Assembly (NCBI GenBank): GCA_951804945.1
Contig: OX638158.1
Coordinates: 44,764,001 to 44,828,000, forward strand
Reading direction: 5' to 3'
Length of the DNA stretch: 64,000 nt
Source: Podarcis cretensis
Taxonomy: Eukaryota
In this document: positions 10,066-23,363 of the stretch, piece by piece
Position numbering within the stretch: the stretch's first letter is position 1
Layout of the letters: each line of letters starts with the position of its first letter
The notes under the pieces: model-generated
The model's input: only the letters and a program-made list of their open reading frames with translations
Database searches by the model: none
Told to the model about the DNA's origin: nothing
Program-made: the position numbers and the translations under genes

Positions 10066-12636
10066 TTGGCCTGAGCATGACTGAGGAAAAACAAGCCTAT
10101 CAAATTGAGTTTGACTTTTACCGTCCTTTTTGTCAGTGCATATTCTCCTGGGCTGCCAGATCACACGACTGAAATGAAAGAGGTTTGGAATAAGTCTCTC
10201 CTTTCATTTCCTGCCCCTGAAATCCCCCTTCTGGGGGACTTGTGCTGGCATATGTTCCACCAGCTGAGCCCTGGCTAAACAGCATAGTACTGGTTCAGCC
10301 AGACTGAGGGATTTATGTTGGCATATTCCCTTTTGAGCCAGGCTGAGAGAGTTATGCTAGCATAGCCCTAATTGAGGCCTGACTCAGTTGGAACATCCCA
10401 AGATCCACCTATTATACACTCACACATTTTGATGAATCTTGGATTTGGATCAGATGTAACTCACCTTCTCATTTTTTAGGTAAGATTTTGTGTATGGTCT
10501 ACAAAAAAAAAACCTGCAGTCTGACTCTGATACGCAGCTTTATTTATCTGGAAGGTGGAGAGTAATAACAGTTTCTCAAATGCACTTGGCTTGCAAGAGT
10601 ATATAAAACCTTCTCAGTTGATAAAGTTAACTGATCATAAAAGAATATTAGTTCTACAGGATTTTTTAAGGAGTAAATGAGGTAATGAGAGGTGGGATTT
10701 GACAAAAAGAAAGTGTGAAGGAATCTAATAAGCGGCCCCCATTTTTCCTTATTACATTACCAGTAAAAATGCAAAGAGGATAATTTTAATAACGGAGATG
10801 TTGGCTGCAGTCAACCTTCCTTCGTCTCAGAGGTGAAATCTCAAAAAGGCAAACGAGCATGAGAATGATGCAGCCCCCGTTAAAGTGATTTCAAATTTAA
10901 GCATAAATTTTGTTAATACCATGGAGCAACGGGAATAATTAGAAAGGTTTCAATAATGCTGGAGATTTGAATAATTAAAGACACAAGATTAATTTCAGAA
11001 GAGGCATCATTACCCTAAATCAAATATTAGATTTCTTGAAAAAAGGAAGGAGGCCTAGGCAATAACCATGTTTTTTCCAGTTAGGGAGGCTCATTAAATA
11101 CTATGGTTTTCATTTCCTTCTGTACCCTCAGGATTCACTTGCATGAATATTAAATGAATATGTATCGGATATAAGCCCTTAAATCCCATGGTAAGGCCCA
11201 ACATTTTTGTAGTATGTAAAAGTATTAATTGAATAAGCTTGACATTACTCAAAATGGAAAACAGTTCTAGAAAGGTCACTTTCATTTTTAATGGGGAAAA
11301 TATACATATAGGTATCCAAAGCGATTCTTTTCCATCTGTCACAGTGATACATTTCTCACCCAAACGTTTTTGTCCATGTACCAGTGTCGTATCTGGCTTT
11401 CTTTAGGGAAAATGGCAATGCTTTCTGAAGCCAGAGCACAACAATATAAACATATCACTCGGCATTGTAGATTGCAGATGTCTCCATCTGTGCTGGATAA
11501 AAGGCTGGTGAACTGACGTCTTCTTTAAATGCCTAAACAACAACCAAAGCTGCATTCCTGAGAATTAAATACAATAAACCGCATCCATGATAGGTTTAAT
11601 ATTTTTGTAGCAACAGGAAAACACAACACTTCATAAATATTGATTCATTTCCCCCAAGATGCATGTCTTCCTATAAATATCAGAATTTGGTAATGAATGC
11701 TTGAAGTACTCATTATTTCTCTGCTTCCAAATTTTAATGAATAGAAGTACATTTATTATATGGAAATCTATCTACCTCTTGTGCCTTTGATGAAGACAGT
11801 CCCTGATTTGAAATTTTAGCCACGATTAATAATATGCACATCATTAATGATCTGCTTTGGGAATTTATTAATGCATTCATTAGACCCTAATTTTCTCCTG
11901 TCTGCATTGTTTAGGCATCTGCTCATTTTTAATTCTCCCCTTTACCTTGTATCCCCCCTCCTTCTCAATGGGATCCCGATATTAAAGAAAATATTTTGAA
12001 ACTTAAAAAAAAATTGCATTTATGGCATGTCACCTGTGAGCAGCTAATTGTACATCTCATATTGATAATTTTTCAAGGTTTGGAAGATAATTGCTTAATA
12101 TATTGGTTTTCCTTTAGCTCCTAAAAGCTAAATCATGTTCTACATAATTTTCTGCATGTTACAACACCTTCTGTCAGAGCAACGATATGGTTCTGGTGGT
12201 GAGGGTCTGCTGCACTTTCTAAACCCTGCTGCCTTGTTACTGCCAGGGTGGGAGCAGGATACATTTTTCCCTCACCTATTTCTGCCATTATTTCCCCTCT
12301 CCCAAGAAAAGGAGGGTGAATGAGGGGGGTTGGGGATTCTGCAGTTTCTAGGCAAGGGCAGACACACACACCCATGCGCTGTTCCTACATTTTCCAACTG
12401 GCAAAGCATCATCAGTGTGTTATCTTCCCTGGGAACCTTAATGGATGGTTCTTAACATAAGAACCATCTCATCAGTGGGATTACGTCTCTGTCAGCTGAG
12501 CAGCACTTACATGACATCCAGTAAGCTGGATTTGAGATGACTTTAGAATGCACCCTAAATTAAGTTTTCTATCAAAAGTTTTCTTTAATATGTTGTTCAA
12601 TCCCTTAATAGTTAATGATGCCACGAGTGCTTAATT

Positions 12637-12992
12637 CAGAGGTCGACAACCTAAGGCCCATGGGCTGGAAGCCGCCCATGAGGGTTGCTTAACCGGCCCA
12701 TGAGCCATCCCCAAACTGAGCTGTCTGCTCGCCGAGTCCCTGCACACTGTGCTAAGCTGGCACAACACGGCGCACAACTATGGCTCCGGAAATTGCTTCT
12801 GCGCATGCCCAGACGCTGAAAACTGCTTCTGCACAGGCACAATTTTTGGCATTTGGGCATGCGCAGAAGCGATTCCCAGCATAGCGGACATAGGCAGACA
12901 TGATTTTTGATGATGCGCTGCACCGGTCTGGCCCACGGAGGATCTCCACGGGAGTGATCCGGTCCATGCCCGGTAAGCCTTGCCGACCCCTG
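12637..12992. mobile_element. hAT-family non-autonomous DNA transposon
   Basis: TIRs CAGAGGTCGACAA / TTGCCGACCCCTG; perfect 8-bp TSD GCTTAATT. Confidence 0.9.
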
Positions 12993-13035
12993 GCTTAATT
13001 GTTCACGAGTGTCATGGCATAAATGCCAGACTTAG

Positions 13036-13069
<34 letters not shown>

Positions 13070-13408
13070 ACATAGTCTTCAGCGTAAGCCTTTGGTGTGT
13101 TTTTTTTAAAATTTTGCAATTTCAGTAAGAGACAATAAAAGACAGAGACAAACCGGACTTCAACATCCAACAGTATTTCTAACATATTTCCTCCAGGAAC
13201 ATAAATGAGGCTTCGGAGGTATTAGAAATGTCCAAAGTAGGCACCCCCCCCCCAGCTTTGGCAAAGCATAAGCTTATATTCCCTATCCCCAAAGCACAGG
13301 TTCCCTCCCTTTTCTCCCCATTGGCTGGGTACTGCAAGGTTTACAGCCTATCATGACATCCTAATTACCCTACTAACATTATTTATTATTTCCCTTATTT
13401 GGTCTATA

Positions 13409-13653
13409 AAAGGTAAAGGTACCCCTGCCCGTACGGGCCAGTCTTGACAGACTCTGGGGTTGTGCGTCCATCTCACTTAAGAGGCCAGGGGCCAGCGCTG
13501 TCCGGAGACACTTCCAGGTCACGTGGCCAGCGTGACATCGCTGCTCTGGCCAGAGCCAGAGCCGCACACGGAAACGCCATTTACCTTCCCGCTGGTAAGC
13601 GGTCCCTATTTATCTACTTGCACCTGGAGGTGCTTTCGAACTGCTAGGTTTGC
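13409..13653 (-). mobile_element. Sauria SINE, variant subfamily, 5'-truncated
   Basis: Nearly identical to the copies at 27847 and 54843. Confidence 0.88.
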
Positions 13654-13888
13654 AATTACTTGCTAAGCCAAGCAAAAATACATCTCCAGTTAACAAGTGT
13701 GATTCGATCTGGACTGCTGGCGCATGTCTACTTATTACAACCACATCCTGACCGCAAGCTCTAAATATGTCCAGTTGTCTGGGCTGCTGACATTTGTCTA
13801 GCTGTTACATTTGTATGTAACAAAGCAACATCCTCATTCCACACAGGAGGTATGGTGGAAAGACTCCAGGATGCCCATCTGTGGCTGT

Positions 13889-14140
13889 GAGAGCCAGTGT
13901 GGTGTAGTGGTTAAGAGCGGTAGTCTCGTAATCTGGGGAACTGGGTTCGCGTCTCCGCTCCTCCACATGCAGCTGCTGGGTGATCTTGGGCTAGTCACAC
14001 TTCTTTAAAGTCTCTCAGCCCCACTCACCTCACAGAGTGTTTGTTGGGGGCGAGGAAGGGAAAGGAGAATGTTAGCCGCTTTGAGACTCCTTCGGGTAGT
14101 GATAAAGCGGGATATCAAATCCAAACTCCTCCTCTTCTTC
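13889..14140 (+). mobile_element. tRNA-derived SINE (Squam3-like)
   Basis: A box ggtgtagtggttaag, B box gggttcgcgtc, (ctt)n tail; second copy at 48117-48366 on - strand. Confidence 0.8.
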
Positions 14141-17100
14141 TCTTGTTTCCATTCTGCTGTTCTTGAGAACTTCCACAGGCATGCTGGAAAGAAACCCCAG
14201 AACCCAAATGCCCTTCACCTGAGTCAGTAAAGCATTTTAGTGGTTTGTGGTTAGTTCTATAGAGTAGCTAATTAAGTACACCAAACAGCCCTGCTGGTCA
14301 AGGGACTATCTTTAACTGACCTAGATGGGCCATTGGTTTCACTTGAGATAAGGCAGCTTCCTCAAAGACATGAGAAAATATCACCACTAGGAAGTCAATG
14401 TGAAGGTATATGGGCACATCAGTGGTAGGGTTTATAACTACCTCATGCAAGGTGCAAGTTGTTATTATCATTTATTAATTAAATTTCTATCTCGCCCTTC
14501 ATCTGAGGATCACAAGTCAGTTTACAATACAAAAACACAAAAATACATAACAAGCAAAAACAATAGCCCCAACCCCAACCACCAGTTTAATGATCATATA
14601 TGCCTTTTAAACAATTATGGCCTATTTAATCCTAGCTATCGGTATGTGTCTCTTTATTGCCCCCTCCATTCCTGCAAAGCAACCTTCATTGCTCCATTCA
14701 GGTAGCAGCTTAAAACAAAAAGGTGGGTGTTTACTTGCAAGCAGGTGTCTCAGTTTGCTGCTTTAGATGATTATTGGAGCACTTACCTGTAAATAAACCT
14801 ACGTAAGTGCCCCAGTCTGCCATTTCAAATAAGAAACCTTGAGCATCTTTGCCAAGCATCGTGTGTTGTAACCAGAATCTTTAACTCGCCTTATAATCAA
14901 ATTATAAAAGAAAAACAGCAGGATTGAAAAGAAAACTGAAATAAATGCAATGCAAACAGATATGGCATGCTGAATTGGATAAAAAGATGTTCCAGAAGCA
15001 ATTCTCAGAATTTCTATGGTTTGAGTTAAAAATTCAGTCTTGAAGCAAAGGTGATATGCTATCAAGGGAGATGCTGTAACAGTAACCCATATTTTCAGCA
15101 AACCAGGTACTTCCTCTGGTCAAAAGCCGAGTCTGAGGTCCACAGAATCTGCAGTCACAAATGGGCCACTGCTGTGTTAATGCAATATGTGACATGCTGA
15201 TCGCCGATCTGGGAATATCCAGAGGTGAAAGAACAAACGTCTCCCCTGCCTGAGCATAAGCGTCAGCTTTGCAGTGATTCTGTAATGTTCTTATCCCCTC
15301 GGTGGCTTGAATGTTGATGGCAATACGCACTTAGATAACCTTTTGGGACACTGCCAACATAATGATTGCCTTGTGGAATTATTAGTGGGGCGGTAAAATC
15401 TGGGGAGGATCGTTTGTTAAGGGAAGAAGATGTATGAGCAGGATACTAGATAGTGGCCGTGAATCTTTTATGAGAAAGCCATGAAGACAGTCAGCTTTCA
15501 TCTGGCCTTTTTATGTGTGTCTCATAAGGCGGCCAGCTGGTACAGTGGCTGGAGCGGCTGATTCAGACTTAGGAAAATCCCTGTATAACTATCAAACTTG
15601 CTGGGTTCTTTGGTAAAGCCATTGTTTTTAAGGCTAATCATAGCAAACAGGATTGTTGAGGATAAAGGGGACAAACTTGTATGCTATGTCCCCCAAATTC
15701 CTTGGAGAGTGGGATAGGAATTTGATAATTAAGCGGGAAAAGTCACTCATATGTTTTTATTGAGGCCCAGCTTCCCCTCCCTTCATTCCTCTCCAGCCTT
15801 TGCATCCACACACACCCCACTTTCATTCTTAAAAACTGCCACATTCCCATCCAGCATGTCCAGATCTATATTTTAATGAACAACACAGCACTAAAAAGGT
15901 CCGTGCGCTCTAATTAGTGTCTGGTCAGCACCTCTGCCTCTCCCTGTGAATCAGTTTCAGCATAAGCTTAAAGATCAATAGCTGCTGATGTTAGCCTCCT
16001 GTCATCCAGCTACTTTACCAGACTGGCTGGCACACTGAAAGAGCTCCGCTTGTTCTCCCTCGGGCATTTGTATTTTTAGCCCCTCCTCAGTCACCTTCAC
16101 TGTCATCATTAAGCTCAGACACAGCGATTGCCCACACGTCTCCACAGCATCACCAGCAGCAGATCCTGAAATAAACAGCTGAATCAAACCCATGCCTTTG
16201 TCCCAGTTACTGAACAAATGTAAGGACTACTCACTTTTCCTGCAGTTGGCAGACACGTAATTGTGCCAGCAGTGGAGGTGAGCTACATTATTGGACGGAT
16301 GCCCACCTAGTTTTCAAAGTCTGGCCCTCGTTGCACAGGTGAGCTACTTAAGCCCACACAGCTTTATACTTCCAAGCTGATAGAAACTCCAGAACAATGT
16401 TATCAGATTTACTTTCTTTCAGGCAGAGAGATTTAATGGTATTAAAATAAGTGAATAAGCAGGCAAGCAGAAGACAGAGGAATCAAACAGCACTTCTACA
16501 GCAGGCAGCAGATCCCAAGAAGACACATACGTAGCCCATTCTCCAAGCTCTCAGCTCTTCTAAAAACTACAAAGTTGTGCTGGCCCAAGACATTTTGCCG
16601 CCTGAAGTGCCCCATTCTGCAACCAATTCCACCAGCATGCTGCTGCCTAAGGAGATTGCTCCACCCAGATGGAGATTCCCAGTTATCAGAAGACAACCTC
16701 CTAGTAGCTGGTGATCCTTGATTGTAATAGCCAGCAGTTGTAACTGAGGCTGTGTCTAACCTTCATATGATATCTTATTTAGATTGTTGAAGATGGCTAG
16801 AGGCCAAACAAAGATGTTTCCCAAATGGCAGTGGGGGTGGCAGTGGGGCGGTTGCCCCAGGGGCAAAAGTATCGGGGGGGGGGATTTAAACACCTGGTGC
16901 TGCTTCAATACAGCTGCTTCTGTCACTGGGCTCTGTTGAAAATGGCTTCTCCATGCAAACCAGGAAGTGACCTCTTCAGACTATGGAATGACTCTTCTTT
17001 TCTTTTCAGCTGCAATCTCCTGGGTGACACAGACACCATTAGGCAGTTGAATGCGCATGAGCACTCTGTCCACTTCCTTCCCTCTCACCCAACCATGCAG

Positions 17101-18159
17101 CCCCGGGCACTGGCCACCCACGCCACATCACTGGAGCGTGTAGAACTTTTCTCTCCCCCACAAAAATTATACGGAACTTGGCAGGGAGGGGGTTATGCAA
17201 TATCACATGGTCATTTAGGAAAGGCCTGCTTAACCCCAACGAGCCCTGCACCACTGCAAGGGCAAACCTGGTTTTGGGGCGGATGGGGGTTGGTAAGGAG
17301 ATTCTTTGGCCAGGTTAATATGGTAAGCACAGTCTCCATTTGGTCCCATAAAAAAGAGCTCTTTCTGCTTTAAAAACTTTAGAAAAGCCCCCTTTGCTCT
17401 AGTAGCAAAAAGGAGCTCTCAAAAAGCAAAAAAGAAACCCCACGAATGTGAATGCCCTGACTTGCTGTGGAGAAGAAAATCAATCACTGACAAGAGCAAT
17501 CCTTGCTTGACTCAGCTGTATGATGTTAATAGAATGACACAAACAGACATTAGATCAGAATGATTCTCCTAGTTTAGCAGCAGTTCTGAAACCAATACAG
17601 GCCTTCTTTGCGTGTTAGTTGTATGAAGGGGCAGCCACACAACCAAGGGGCAATAGGGCTGTGCAATGGCCCTGCCTCTAGATCATACAGCAGGGAACAG
17701 CAGCGGGCTGTTGTTGCAGGCTTCCCATGAACATGAGATTGGCCACTCCAGGGAAGAGGATGCTGGATTAGATAGGCCTTTTGTTCTCCTGTATTCAGGC
17801 CCAACACCTACACATTGGGAGTCGATTTTCGCACATGAAGCGTATATGTTTCAATGTGAGAGAGGCTATACTCTTGCTAATTTCAAAGAAACTAAATCAG
17901 GTTTTGCATCAAGTGAACTGATGGGTAAATGAGGTGACAGACAGCAGCCAGTGAGGTGGTGGACCAGTCAGAATCCATGGCAACCATTTTGAGGAAGTTG
18001 AAGGGGAAATGGAATTTTTGGCAAGTCTGTAAGGACCAGAAACACTGCGGGAGCAACTCATTCCAAGTAGCTTACTATTTTCCTAAATTAAATGGGTTAT
18101 CATGTTCCCAGAGACTTGTTTTTGGCTATTGTTGCAGACATGCTGTCCAATGCATAATA

Positions 18160-18355
18160 CAGTAATACTTCAGGTTACAGATACTTGAGGTTACAGACCA
18201 GATATAGTACCTCGGGTTATGAACTTTGCTTCAGGATGAGAACAGAAATCATGTGGGAGGCCCCATTAGCTAAAGTGGTACCTCAGGTTAAGAACAGTTT
18301 CAGCTTAAGAACAGACCTCCACAATGAATTAAGTTCTTAACCCGAGGTACCACTG
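18160..18355. mobile_element. Tc1/mariner-type MITE, internally deleted
   Basis: Right TIR GAGGTACCACTG+TA; degraded left TIR. Confidence 0.85.
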
Positions 18356-19654
18356 TAGTTCTCCTTGAGGCATTGCATCATTCTCAACAATCATTCACAG
18401 CAGTTAATCTGGTCTGCCTGATGAAATCATGAGAGGTACTGGGTGTAGTGGCTAGAGGGTGCTTCCTGGTTTAATATAGCTTCCATGCTGCTCGTGGATT
18501 GAGGTTGGGTTTGTTTGCTTGCTATTTTTTTATTTTTTGCAGAGTCCATAACAAAATGTCACCCCTTATATATATATCTTCCCTTCTATATAATCAAGAT
18601 TTGCCATTTGCGTGGTTTTTTCAGATTTATCCAATTTTCTGTTGAAATGGTAAATCTGGGTTAAGTGGAGAAATATTATGGGGTGGCATTTTGATGGAGG
18701 CATGCTGATGCTATGCAAAACTTGGCAGTACCAAGCCCACAATAAACTGCCATGTGGAAGTACTCAGAGTGTCGGACTGGGAAGATCCAGGTTCGAATGT
18801 GTGCTCCACCAGGACAGTCACTATTGCTTAGCTGGACTCATCGCAAAGGATTCTTCGGTGTGGGGGCGGGGAGTGGTGAATCCATGCATGCTGTCTTGAG
18901 TTCCTCTGAGGAAAGGGAGGACATAAATAAAGAAGTAATCAGATTGACGTTGTTGGAGATTGCAACAGAATCTGTCCTGGGGCCCTGGTGATGATAGAGG
19001 TGACACTGCTCACGGTTAGAGGGTACATGGCTGCCCATGTACTGTCTGTTCAACCCCTGTATTTGTATTACATTGATACTGAGAGACTGTACTACAATCT
19101 CCTCAAAAGCAAAGGAAGTCAGTCAAGCCTTTCCTTGGGGAAGGCAGAGGGGTGAAAACAACATATTTAGCGCTGCCTCCTGAAATCCTGCACACTGGAT
19201 GATGACACCGTTCCTATACACAACGGAATTGCCATCGATCTTGTGTTTACTAGCAGCATTGGGGGGGGGGTGGGACGGAATCCCAAATCTGCCCAGAATG
19301 AGGAACTAGTTTCTATTAGGATACAGAAAGCAAAGGCTTTCTGTTTCCTAAATGCCTTGTAATTGAATGAAGCTTAACTCTGACAGAGAAACATAAAGAA
19401 ATATCAAGGGATGTGAAAAGTGCTCCAGTTTGTTGTGACCACTTGGACAATTTCCGTGACCACCTAAGGCATGTTTCAGAAAAGATTGGAGGGAAGCAAT
19501 CAGTAGCACTTAGCAAAAAGTGCTGGGGAAATGGGTAAGATGTACAATAATGTCTATGATTCAGTTTCTCCACAAATTAGAGGGGGGAAGCGAAACAAAA
19601 AGGTTTGAACCACCCCATTTTGGGCATATTTCCTTTGGCAGTTGCCTATAGTTG

Positions 19655-20522
19655 CACTGGATAGCTCAGTTGGTAGAGCATGGGACTCTTAATCCCAGGC
19701 TCATGGGTTCAAGCCAGACATTAGGTGAAAGATTCCTGCATTGTTGCAGTTAGGGAAAATGTACAAAACTAGTTCAAATATATGTTGGAAGTGTAAGGAA
19801 AAGGAGGGGACATTTTATCATATGTGGTGGGATTGTAAGGTAATTAAAACAATTTGGGAAATGATATACAACGAATTGAAGAAAATGTTCCATTTAACAT
19901 TTGTTAGAAAACCTGAGGCATTTTTGTTGGGGATTGTAGGGAAAGACCTGGCAAAAAAGTTGAAAAACATCTTCATGCATGCGATAATGGCTGCAAGAGT
20001 TCTGGTAGCACAAGGATGGAAGATTGAAGAAACCCCAACTAAAGCATCATGGCATAAAAATTGATGGACTATGCAGAACTGGCAAAACTGACATATAAGC
20101 TACGGGACAAGGATAACTGTGACTTTAAGGATGAATGGGAACCTTTCACAAAGTATCTGAAGATGCAACAAAGCGAACTGGACTCCTATCCTAGGCAGGT
20201 TTTGAATAAACATTCACAAACTCTTTATTGATAATAATCAGCTAAATAGTTTGAGGATCTATACAACTTTGTAACATGCAGAAAACAGAATTATTGGAGA
20301 AACCAAAGACTGGAACTGAGGGAAGTTGGGGGGTGGGTGGGTTTTGTGTGGGAGGGGTGGAGGGAGGAAAAATGGGGGGGCAAGGATGATATGTTTTTGG
20401 ATAATATGTCTTGTTATAATTCTGAATTAAAAAAAGAACCAGGAGACAAAAGGGGGGGCAAAGAAAGATTCCTGCATTGCAGGGGGTTGGTTGTGACCCC
20501 TTCCAACTCTACAATTCTATGA
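19655..20522 (+). mobile_element. tRNA-Lys-derived, CR1-tailed SINE interrupted by an L1 insertion
   Basis: Head gatagctcagttggtagagcatgggactcttaatcccagg resembles tRNA-Lys(CTT); tail cccttccaactctacaattctatga resumes after 20479. Confidence 0.85.
19744..20462 (+). mobile_element. 5'-truncated L1-clade LINE (ORF2 C-terminus plus 3' UTR)
   Basis: CWKCKEKEGTFYHMWWDC zinc knuckle; 17-bp TSD GAAAGATTCCTGCATTG (19727-19743 / 20463-20479); frameshift near 20050. Confidence 0.9.
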
Positions 20523-21503
20523 AAAGGCAGCAGTGCTTTTGTAGCCACCTGTTGCTGGTAGGAACTAGATCCCAGCAGGGCATTCAGACCTTGATTTACA
20601 GGGGAAACTAGGTTGAAAACACTTTTATCAGTCACACTGAGCATTAAAAGTTTGCTTAGCAACACAGCTGATGATCAATAATGAAGGCGGGAATGCTGAC
20701 ACAGAATGATTATTCCCACAAGATAAAATTCTGAGATTTATTTTATTGTTATATTTTTCCTGTGGTTGACATATAACCATGATGGTTGAAACAACAACAA
20801 TAAACAATCTATTTTCCTTTTATTGTCTATCAAAGTATTTCTATACCACCCTTTAAATAATGGGCCGAAACAACAAGTTTTTGAACTGGACAAAACATTT
20901 TCTGAAATCCAAGAGAAGTTGAAAAAGGATGGGTAGAAGTTACCATTCTATTAGTTAATTGTGATATACCCTCTTTGCACCTCTTCATTCAGTGAATATT
21001 CAAAGTGCAGGTTATTGACTTGATGGAATAACAGCTTTTGCCATGTCAGTGCATATGTATGTTTCCTCTAGTGTACTTATTATTGATCCTCTAAACCCTA
21101 ATGGATCTGGAATACTTAAGGACTCTTTCAAAGATGCACTATTGACATAAGAGATTGTGTCTTGTGTTCAGAGGTCTTCCCACACACCCTCTAAAACATG
21201 GTTATTGACAAGAAGATACATCATAACAAGCCCTCTGGAGACCTCCCAGTCTTTTGTGTCAAAGCTACTTCCACCAAGAAACATTTGAAGCTTCTTCAGA
21301 TATACTTAACAGTCCATTTGAAGCTTAAGTAAAAGTTATTTCATCTCAAAACAGAATGTTGCTGTTCTCATTATTGATAAATGTACTATTAAAAGATATT
21401 CCTGCTACCCACCCATATGCTAAAAATAAGTGTGGTGGTGTTCATTAGAACCTTGAACCTTCTACACTCTACACACAAAGAGGGTACATGAGATTTAAAA
21501 ACC

Positions 21504-21504
<1 letters not shown>

Positions 21505-21541
<37 letters not shown>

Positions 21542-22215
21542 TTTATACCCCACCCATGTTGGCCAACCTTGACAGGCACCAGTACAGTTTATGTATCCCT
21601 TTCTATAATTATTAGTCCATCTCCTCCTTTAATACTGTCCTTTCAAACCAGGTAATATTATTATTAATATTAATAATAATATTCTTATTTGTACTCCACC
21701 CATCTGACTGGGTTGTCCCAGCCACTCTGCGTGGCTTCCAACACATATAAAAACATAATAAAATTCCAAAGATTAAAAACTTCTCAATACAGGGTTGTCT
21801 TGAGATGTCTTCTAAAAGTTGTAAACTTATTTATCTCCTTGACTTTTGATGGGAGGGTGTTTCCCAGGATGGGCGCCACTACCAAAAAGGTCCTCTGCCT
21901 GGTTCCCTTTACCTTCTCTTTTCACAGTGAGGGAACTGCCAGAAGGCCCTGGAAGCTGGAGCTTAGTGTCTGGGGTGAACAATGAGGGTGGAGACACTCC
22001 TTCAGGTATACAGGGTCAAAGCCATTTAAGGCTTTAAAGGACAGCACCAACACTTTGAATTGCACTCAGAAATGTACTATGAGTGTAGATCCTTTAAGGT
22101 CCTCTGCTTGGTTCCCTGTAACCTCACTTCTTGCAGTGAGGGAACCACCAGAAGGCCCTTAGAGCTTGTCCTTAAGTGTCCAGACTGAACGATGGGGTGG
22201 AGATGCTGCGCCACT
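21505..22215 (-). mobile_element. L2-type LINE 3' fragments with (AAT)n tails
   Basis: (aat)n+tttataccccaccc at 21505-21560 and a longer L2-like 3' end at 21660-22215. Confidence 0.7.
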
Positions 22216-23278
22216 TTAATATAAGCCAAAGGTGCTCCATCACCTCTGGAGCAATTAGTGGTCTCGTAAAGTTCAAGAAATACATATCTCAGACCCTTAT
22301 TTTTATCCAAATAAGCAATGCATTTTTATTTATTTATTTATTTTGAAAAAACAGCCTGCAATATCAGTAAAGCCATTCTTCAGATGCTTCACATCCCATA
22401 GCTATACATCTGGATGTAATGCTGATGTGTTGATTCAGTTCTGGGAGATCTAGCAAACAATGTTCTAGACTTTGCTTTTTGAAGCAGCAGTCTGGCGCAT
22501 ATTACTTTTATTCACATCTCCATTTTAGAGATGAACAGCATAAATAGATAAGTCAATACTCACTGATTTCAACATGGATGTAAGCCATAACCTAATTAGA
22601 TGCATTCTCATGAGCCTAGCAAATCCTGCAGTATATGCAAATAATTTATTCAATTTATGTCTGGAGACGTTAAAATATACATGACTGAACAAAAGTTTAA
22701 CCTTTTTTATATTGCTTATTAAACAGAAAGCTGAAAATTTAAGCTTCCCAGAATATCACAATTTCTTTATATTTAATACAAATAACATTTCTAGTATTCA
22801 GCGCATGGATCTAACGGATTATTTGAGCCTGCTGCTTTACTGAAACATGAAAGCATTATGCCTTCCCCTTTTTTATTTAGGCACCTGCACACCATAATGG
22901 CATTAGTACATATCATTATGCAGAAGCATAAAAGGACCCGGAACTAGAAAGGGGGAGATTGAAGCTCTTTGACGTCTCACCTTGTTATTCTCTAAGCCTT
23001 TTCTATAAGCTACTCCCCTTTTCCTTTCCAATAGGAGAGGAGATGTGATCCACAGGTAGGAAGAGAATATCTCTGTTAAAGCAATTGGAAAGATGAGGAA
23101 TGGTTAAGGAGAAAACACATGCCCAGGCCTGTGTCGGGAGATAGGGAGCAGCCAGGTACACTTGCCCCGAGCCACGGAGGGCTAAGTCGACAAGGCCCCC
23201 CCCCCACCAAGGACTGGCTGCCTTTCTGTTTCATTTCATAATTTTATTCTAACAAGATTACCACCCCGGGCCTCAGAC

Positions 23279-23348
23279 CTTATGCTAAGTTTTCTTTCTA
23301 GTCCTTATGCTAAGTTTTCTAGTCCTTATGCTAAGTTTTCTTTCTAGT
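23279..23348. repeat. Short tandem repeat, three units of about 21-25 bp (ttatgctaagttttctttctagtcc)
   Basis: Three consecutive units visible. Confidence 0.85.
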
Positions 23349-23363
23349 AATGCTGATTACTAT

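Noticed and set aside
11380-11535. Minus-strand exon after ttggttgttgtttAG
   Set aside because: No frame gives a recognisable protein and the donor is weak
16825-17373. 182-aa ORF
   Set aside because: No recognisable domain or splice context; overlaps repeat-like G-rich sequence
19657-19727. tRNA-Lys gene
   Set aside because: Degenerate acceptor and T stems, followed by a CR1-like SINE tail rather than a T-run terminator
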